Shown here piece after piece: positions 59,429-64,000 of a stretch of 64,000 nt of DNA. The stretch covers positions 786,426-850,425 of the forward strand of contig CAXXFV010000016.1 in assembly GCA_963674595.2 (NCBI GenBank). The letters are read 5' to 3'. Position 1 is the first letter of the stretch. Every line of letters begins with the position of its first letter. A program made the position numbers and the translations under genes. The DNA is from a bacterium. Lineage in GTDB: Bacteria > Zhuqueibacterota > Zhuqueibacteria > Residuimicrobiales > Krinioviventaceae. Below the pieces are notes generated by a model, which was given only the letters and a program-made list of their open reading frames with translations, ran no database searches and was not told where the DNA came from.

Positions 59429-60286
59429 ATGGAAACAAAAATTAGAAATTCTGCCTGGGAGAACCAGTTCTATCCCGGTCGGGTAGAGGCGCTGGATGCC
59501 TTGCTTGAACGATTTTTTTCATCTGTTGAAAAAATTACAATAGATGGTGAAATTATAGGCCTTGTTGTGCCGCATGCCGGATATGAGTATTCCGGCCAAA
59601 CAGCAGCCGCTGCCTATTCCCTGTTAAAAGGCCGGCCTTTTAACAGTATCATCATTTTAGCGCCCAGTCATACTGATCTTTTTTCTGGTGTGTCTCTTTA
59701 TTACGGTGATTATTATGAAACTCCTTTTGGCCCTATTCCGGTTTCCCATTCGTTGGGAGAAAAGCTGGTCAAGGCTTCAAAAGTTGTAAGATATTCGGAT
59801 GAAGGGCACAGGACCGACGGCAGGCGAGCTGAACATTCTTTGGAAGTGCAGTTACCGTTTTTACAAAAGGTTTTATCTGAAAATTTTGAAATTTTACCTC
59901 TGGTTTTTCATGACTATAGTTGGGATAACTGTTCGAGTCTGGGAAACGGTTTGGCTGATATTTTTATACCCGGTGAAACGTTGATTGTGGCCAGTTCCGA
60001 TTTGTATCACGGCGAGTCCTACGAACAGTGTGTGTTTTCCGACGATGAAACGATTAAGGGTATTATCGAATTTGACGCGGAAATGTTTAATCGCCAGGCG
60101 AACAGCGGCATGTACATGGCCTGTGGCACCGGCCCTATAACCGCTTTAATGATAGCCGCGCAAAAGTTAGGGGCAAAAGATATTCAGCTCATTCACCGAA
60201 CAAATTCAGCCGATGTAACCGGAAGAAAAGGAGGGTGGACGGTCGGTTATGCTTCTCTGCTCTTTGCAAAAAATGTTAAAGAGTAA
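59429..60286 (+). CDS. amrB: AmmeMemoRadiSam system protein B (MEMO1 family)
   Basis: FYP, PHAGY.YSG, PSH, EHSLEVQLPFL, SSDL.H, ACG, VGY. Confidence 0.9.
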   Translation: METKIRNSAWENQFYPGRVEALDALLERFFSSVEKITIDGEIIGLVVPHAGYEYSGQTAAAAYSLLKGRPFNSIIILAPSHTDLFSGVSLYYGDYYETPFGPIPVSHSLGEKLVKASKVVRYSDEGHRTDGRRAEHSLEVQLPFLQKVLSENFEILPLVFHDYSWDNCSSLGNGLADIFIPGETLIVASSDLYHGESYEQCVFSDDETIKGIIEFDAEMFNRQANSGMYMACGTGPITALMIAAQKLGAKDIQLIHRTNSADVTGRKGGWTVGYASLLFAKNVKE

Positions 60287-60316
60287 TTACAAATTGTGTT
60301 GTGAATGCAGGCGTAG

Positions 60317-61213
60317 ATGGAGCAAGTAAAAGAAAAAATTGCTGTTATTGGAACCGGGCGCGTTGGCTGTCATTTGGCCGTTGCTTTAAAAAATGCCGGA
60401 CTTGATGTTCTGGCCGTTTCAGATATTCGATCAGAACAAGCCGGAGCATGCGCTGAACAGTGCGGTCCTCCTGTTCGATATTTACCATTAAAAGAATTTC
60501 CGACCACATTATCCATGATTTTTATTGCCGTGCCGGATGATTATATAGGGGATGTTGCCGCTTCTTTGGATGAACTGGATGTTGTAAAAAAGAATACAAT
60601 TGTTTGTCATACTTCCGGAGCGAAAACATCGGAGGTGCTTTACAGTCTTTCCGGGAAAACCAACCTTTTGCTTTCCGTCCATCCGGTCCAGACCATTACG
60701 GAAAATATACGGGATTGGGAAAAATTGTTGAATATATATTGGGGGCTTGAAGGAAGTGACGGCGCACAAGAACGAATGAAAAAAGTATTGGGCTGTTTGA
60801 AAGGCCGGGTTTTTTCTTTGACAGCCTCACAAAAATCAGGTTACCATGCCGCTTGTGTTTGGGCGTCTAATTTTATTGTTGCTGTTATGGATTCCGCTAT
60901 AGAGATATTAATGCAGAACAATATTCCGGAACCGGACGCACGCCATATCTTGGCGCCGCTTGCTTTAACAGCTTTGCAGAATGTCATTAAAACCGGTCCC
61001 ACTCAAGCGCTAACCGGACCTGTTGTGCGGGGAGATGCTGGTACTGTTGCCGGACATTTGGATACATTAAAAAAGAATAATCCACGACTTTTAAATCAGT
61101 ATTTGGAACTGGCCGGGCAGCTACTGGTTATCAGCAGCCGGGCCGGCAAAGAAGAGGAAAAGTATAAATCAATCAGACAACTTTTGAAACAATATAAAAC
61201 GGAGAACATCTAA
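60317..61213 (+). CDS. Rossmann-like plus DUF2520 oxidoreductase (PanG-like)
   Basis: IGTGRVG, VPDD, HTSG, HPVQT, YHAA, ALTGPV.RGD. Confidence 0.88.
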   Translation: MEQVKEKIAVIGTGRVGCHLAVALKNAGLDVLAVSDIRSEQAGACAEQCGPPVRYLPLKEFPTTLSMIFIAVPDDYIGDVAASLDELDVVKKNTIVCHTSGAKTSEVLYSLSGKTNLLLSVHPVQTITENIRDWEKLLNIYWGLEGSDGAQERMKKVLGCLKGRVFSLTASQKSGYHAACVWASNFIVAVMDSAIEILMQNNIPEPDARHILAPLALTALQNVIKTGPTQALTGPVVRGDAGTVAGHLDTLKKNNPRLLNQYLELAGQLLVISSRAGKEEEKYKSIRQLLKQYKTENI

Positions 61214-61218
61214 AAAGA

Positions 61219-62034
61219 ATGAACGATTATCATTTACATACATATTTGTGTAAACATGGAGAGGGACATGTACAGGATTATGTGCAAGCTGCTTTGCAAC
61301 GCGGTTTGTCTGAAATCGGTTTTGCCGAGCATATACCAATACCCGGACTTGACGATCCGGACGGCCGGATGCTTTTGGACGAATTTGAAATATACCAGTC
61401 TGAAATAGAAAAAGCACAAAAAGATTTTCCGGATATAAAAATTAAAATGGGTATTGAAGCGGATTATATGCCCAAATATATGCCCTTTATAGAATCATTT
61501 TTAAAACAACATCCCTTTGATTTTATCATTGGTTCTGTGCATTTTATCGATGACTGGGATTTTACCAATCCTGCTCATGCGGAAAAAATGAATACTTTTG
61601 GTGTGAATGAAACCTACAGGTCTTATTATCGTTTATTGAATGAAGCGGCGAATTGCGGCCTGTATGATATAATAGGACACTTTGATATTCCTAAAAAATT
61701 TGGTAAATTTGCGTCATGTGATTTGACCCCGGAAATTGAAACAGCTCTTGATGCCATCAAGAAAAACAATATTGCTTTGGATGTCAATACATCGGGGATT
61801 CGAAAAACTGTCGGTGAAATTCATCCTTCACCGGATATATTAAAAAAAGCATTCATGCGTGATATCCCTGTTGTCATCGGCAGTGATGCTCACCGGCCCC
61901 AGGAAGTTGCGTTTCATTTTAATGAGACAGTAGCCTTGTTGACTGGTATAGGCTATCAGCATACCGTCAGCTATGAAAAACGAAAACCAAAATTAACACT
62001 GATTACAGATCAGCCCATTTCGTCAGGAATTTAA
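61219..62034 (+). CDS. hisJ: PHP-family histidinol-phosphatase (HisJ-type)
   Basis: DYHLH, EH, GIEAD, GSVH, GHFD, GSDAH. Confidence 0.85.
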   Translation: MNDYHLHTYLCKHGEGHVQDYVQAALQRGLSEIGFAEHIPIPGLDDPDGRMLLDEFEIYQSEIEKAQKDFPDIKIKMGIEADYMPKYMPFIESFLKQHPFDFIIGSVHFIDDWDFTNPAHAEKMNTFGVNETYRSYYRLLNEAANCGLYDIIGHFDIPKKFGKFASCDLTPEIETALDAIKKNNIALDVNTSGIRKTVGEIHPSPDILKKAFMRDIPVVIGSDAHRPQEVAFHFNETVALLTGIGYQHTVSYEKRKPKLTLITDQPISSGI

Positions 62035-62035
62035 A

Positions 62036-63307
62036 ATGCACGTCAAAGTTCGTAAGCGGATATTTTTGGAAAAATTTGAAAAGAAAACGCTTTCTCCGTT
62101 TGCCGCTCACAGCTTTGATTGGAAAGACAGCCGTGTTCATTCTGAAAAATATCCTGTATACAGGACCGTTTTTCAGCGTGACCGTGACCGGATTATTCAT
62201 TCGCGGGCGTTCCGGCGTCTCAAACATAAGCGACAGATATTTATTACTCATTTGGGAGACCATTACCGCACCCGGTTGACCCATACATTAGAAGTTGCGC
62301 AGTTGTCTCGTACGATGGCCAGGGCACTGGGACTTAATGAAGATTTGTCCGAAGCTATTGCTTTGGGTCATGATTTGGGCCATACTCCATTTGGGCACGT
62401 TGGTGAAATTGTTTTGAATGGAATTTTAAAAGGAACAGCCCCGGAATTTAAAAATTTTGGTGATTTGGGCGGTTTTAAACATAATTATCAGGGGCTGCGG
62501 GTTGTTGATGTTTTGGAAAAACGCTATAGCTGGAACGGATTAAATTTAACGTCTGCTGTCCGTGAGGGTATTTTAAAACACACCCGGTTAAAACGCGGAT
62601 CTATCAGCTATCAAAATTTCCATGAACATGACCTTTATTATGACCTCGATCATGCGGTTACGCTGGAAGGGCAGATTGTGGCTGTGTGTGATGAAATTGC
62701 TCAAAGGACCCATGATTTGGAAGACGGCTTTCGTGCGCAGTATGTCGATTTTGCCAAAGTAAGAGAGCTGGACATAATTAAAAGAGTTGAAAAACAAGCC
62801 CGGATTAAATTTTCTCAAAAAGGTGAAGGATACCTGTATCAGAATTATCTTATTCGTTCGTTAATAGATTTTTTAATTACAGACGTAATAAAAGCAAGTG
62901 CCGAACGAATTGAAAATTTTATAAATACAAAAAAACGTATGCACCTGTTTGATGAACTGATAATGTGGTTCAGCAAACCGGTCGATCCTCTTCAGCAGAA
63001 ATTGGATGAATTTATTCGTGATCATGTCATTTCGGCCGCTAAAAAAGCCCGCAGTGATGATCTTGCCCGTCACGTTATTTGCAGCTTGTTTCGGTTATAT
63101 TATGATAATCCGAAACTTATCCCGGTTTATCGAATCCGTCAATGCCTGGGTGCGATTGATGAAAAAGAACTGGAAAAGCCGTTGGTTATAGAAAAATTGA
63201 AAAATAATCCCAAATTTCCCCGTACAATCACCGATCATATCGCCGGAATGACGGATATTTTTGCTGAAAACGAACTGAAAAAATATGAAAGGAATATTGT
63301 TCTATAA
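62036..63307 (+). CDS. dgt: dNTP triphosphohydrolase (dGTPase-like)
   Basis: FQRDRDRIIHS, RTRLTH, HDLGHTPFGH, HDLED, IAGMTD. Confidence 0.92.
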   Translation: MHVKVRKRIFLEKFEKKTLSPFAAHSFDWKDSRVHSEKYPVYRTVFQRDRDRIIHSRAFRRLKHKRQIFITHLGDHYRTRLTHTLEVAQLSRTMARALGLNEDLSEAIALGHDLGHTPFGHVGEIVLNGILKGTAPEFKNFGDLGGFKHNYQGLRVVDVLEKRYSWNGLNLTSAVREGILKHTRLKRGSISYQNFHEHDLYYDLDHAVTLEGQIVAVCDEIAQRTHDLEDGFRAQYVDFAKVRELDIIKRVEKQARIKFSQKGEGYLYQNYLIRSLIDFLITDVIKASAERIENFINTKKRMHLFDELIMWFSKPVDPLQQKLDEFIRDHVISAAKKARSDDLARHVICSLFRLYYDNPKLIPVYRIRQCLGAIDEKELEKPLVIEKLKNNPKFPRTITDHIAGMTDIFAENELKKYERNIVL

Positions 63308-64000
63308 TGTCTGCGAAATTGCAATTGATTAATATTGCTTTTAAATATAAAGGTATTGGTGCTTCTGAAAATTATGTACTGCATGATATTAATTTGGAAT
63401 TTAATAAAAGTGAGTGCACGGCTGTCGTTGGACCGAGCGGCTCCGGAAAAACAACGCTTATTCAACATTTTACAGGTTTGCTGAAACGCGGATGTTGGAA
63501 AAGTGTTGTTCAATGATGTTGATATTTGGAGTAAAAAATATTCTTTTCAGGAATTACGCCGAAAAATCGGCATTGTATTCCAGTTTCCCGAGTCTCAGTT
63601 GTTTGAAGAAACCGTTTATAAAGATGTTGCTTTTGGGCCGACAAACCTGGGCGTGAACGCCTCCGAGATACCGGATCGTGTATATGCCGCACTGGAGGCC
63701 GTTGAAATAAAACCCGATAAATTTAAAGACCGTTCTCCATTTAAACTCAGTGAAGGAGAGAAGCGTCGTGTTGCCATTGCCGGTATTTTGGCAATGGACC
63801 CTGAAATGATCGTGTTCGATGAACCAACTGCCGGGCTTGACCCACGTGGTGTACGCAGAATGGAAAACCTTGTCGAAAGGTTGATCGGCGCCGGGAAATC
63901 AGTGGTTTTAATTACCCATAATATGGATTTTGTCGCTCAGGTTGCTTCACGTGTTATTGTCATGTCGAAAGGAACCGTTTTGTCCGATACAAGTCCTGAA
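63307..64000 (+). pseudogene. ecfA2: ECF transporter ATPase EcfA2, frameshifted (or sequence error); runs off the window end
   Basis: Walker A GPSGSGKTT in the first frame; GIVFQFPESQLFEETV, LSEGEKRR, DEPTAGLDP in the next frame; deleting G63488 restores LKPDVGKV. Confidence 0.8.

Noticed and set aside
62036-63307. dGTPase as an anti-phage defence gene
   Set aside because: Embedded in a housekeeping operon with no defence or mobile genes nearby

Overview
AT-rich, gene-dense chromosomal segment of a diderm, probably anaerobic bacterium. Gene content (GWxTD protein, PEGA/BamB-like/Omp85 cluster, DUF362, AmmeMemoRadiSam B) suggests an FCB-group lineage such as KSB1 or Calditrichota; this is inference. 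About 59 CDS; no rRNA, tRNA, CRISPR array, integrase or transposase was seen. Main blocks: (1) DUF362/4Fe-4S/amidohydrolase operon; (2) GWxTD-TPR protein plus methyltransferase; (3) complete six-gene mevalonate operon (hmgR-fni-mvaS-mvk-pmk-mvaD); (4) GNAT, protease-propeller-Omp85, BamB-like and PEGA cluster; (5) rpsT, guaB, hutH, lytic transglycosylase; (6) pckG-fumAB converging on sdhA-C-D-B; (7) a 994-aa protein with two nucleotidyltransferase modules, GlnE/DUF294-like, divergent from sdh; (8) thiol-redox operon, orphan ECF sigma factor and aromatic amino acid decarboxylase; (9) sigma54-preceded MinD/FlhG-like ATPase with a Cys-rich tail; (10) MoxR-DUF58-kinase; (11) sialic-acid locus with a kelch/NanM-SSS transporter fusion whose mutarotase motif looks degenerate; (12) two-component system, B-box-fused deacetylase, and an amrB-DUF2520-hisJ-dgt-ecfA2 operon with a +1 frameshift in ecfA2. 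The best candidates for undescribed systems are the dual nucleotidyltransferase beside the C4 enzymes (with a small leader ORF before sdhA) and the metalloprotease-Omp85/BamB-like/PEGA outer-membrane module. All calls come from motif recognition by eye; no searches were run.
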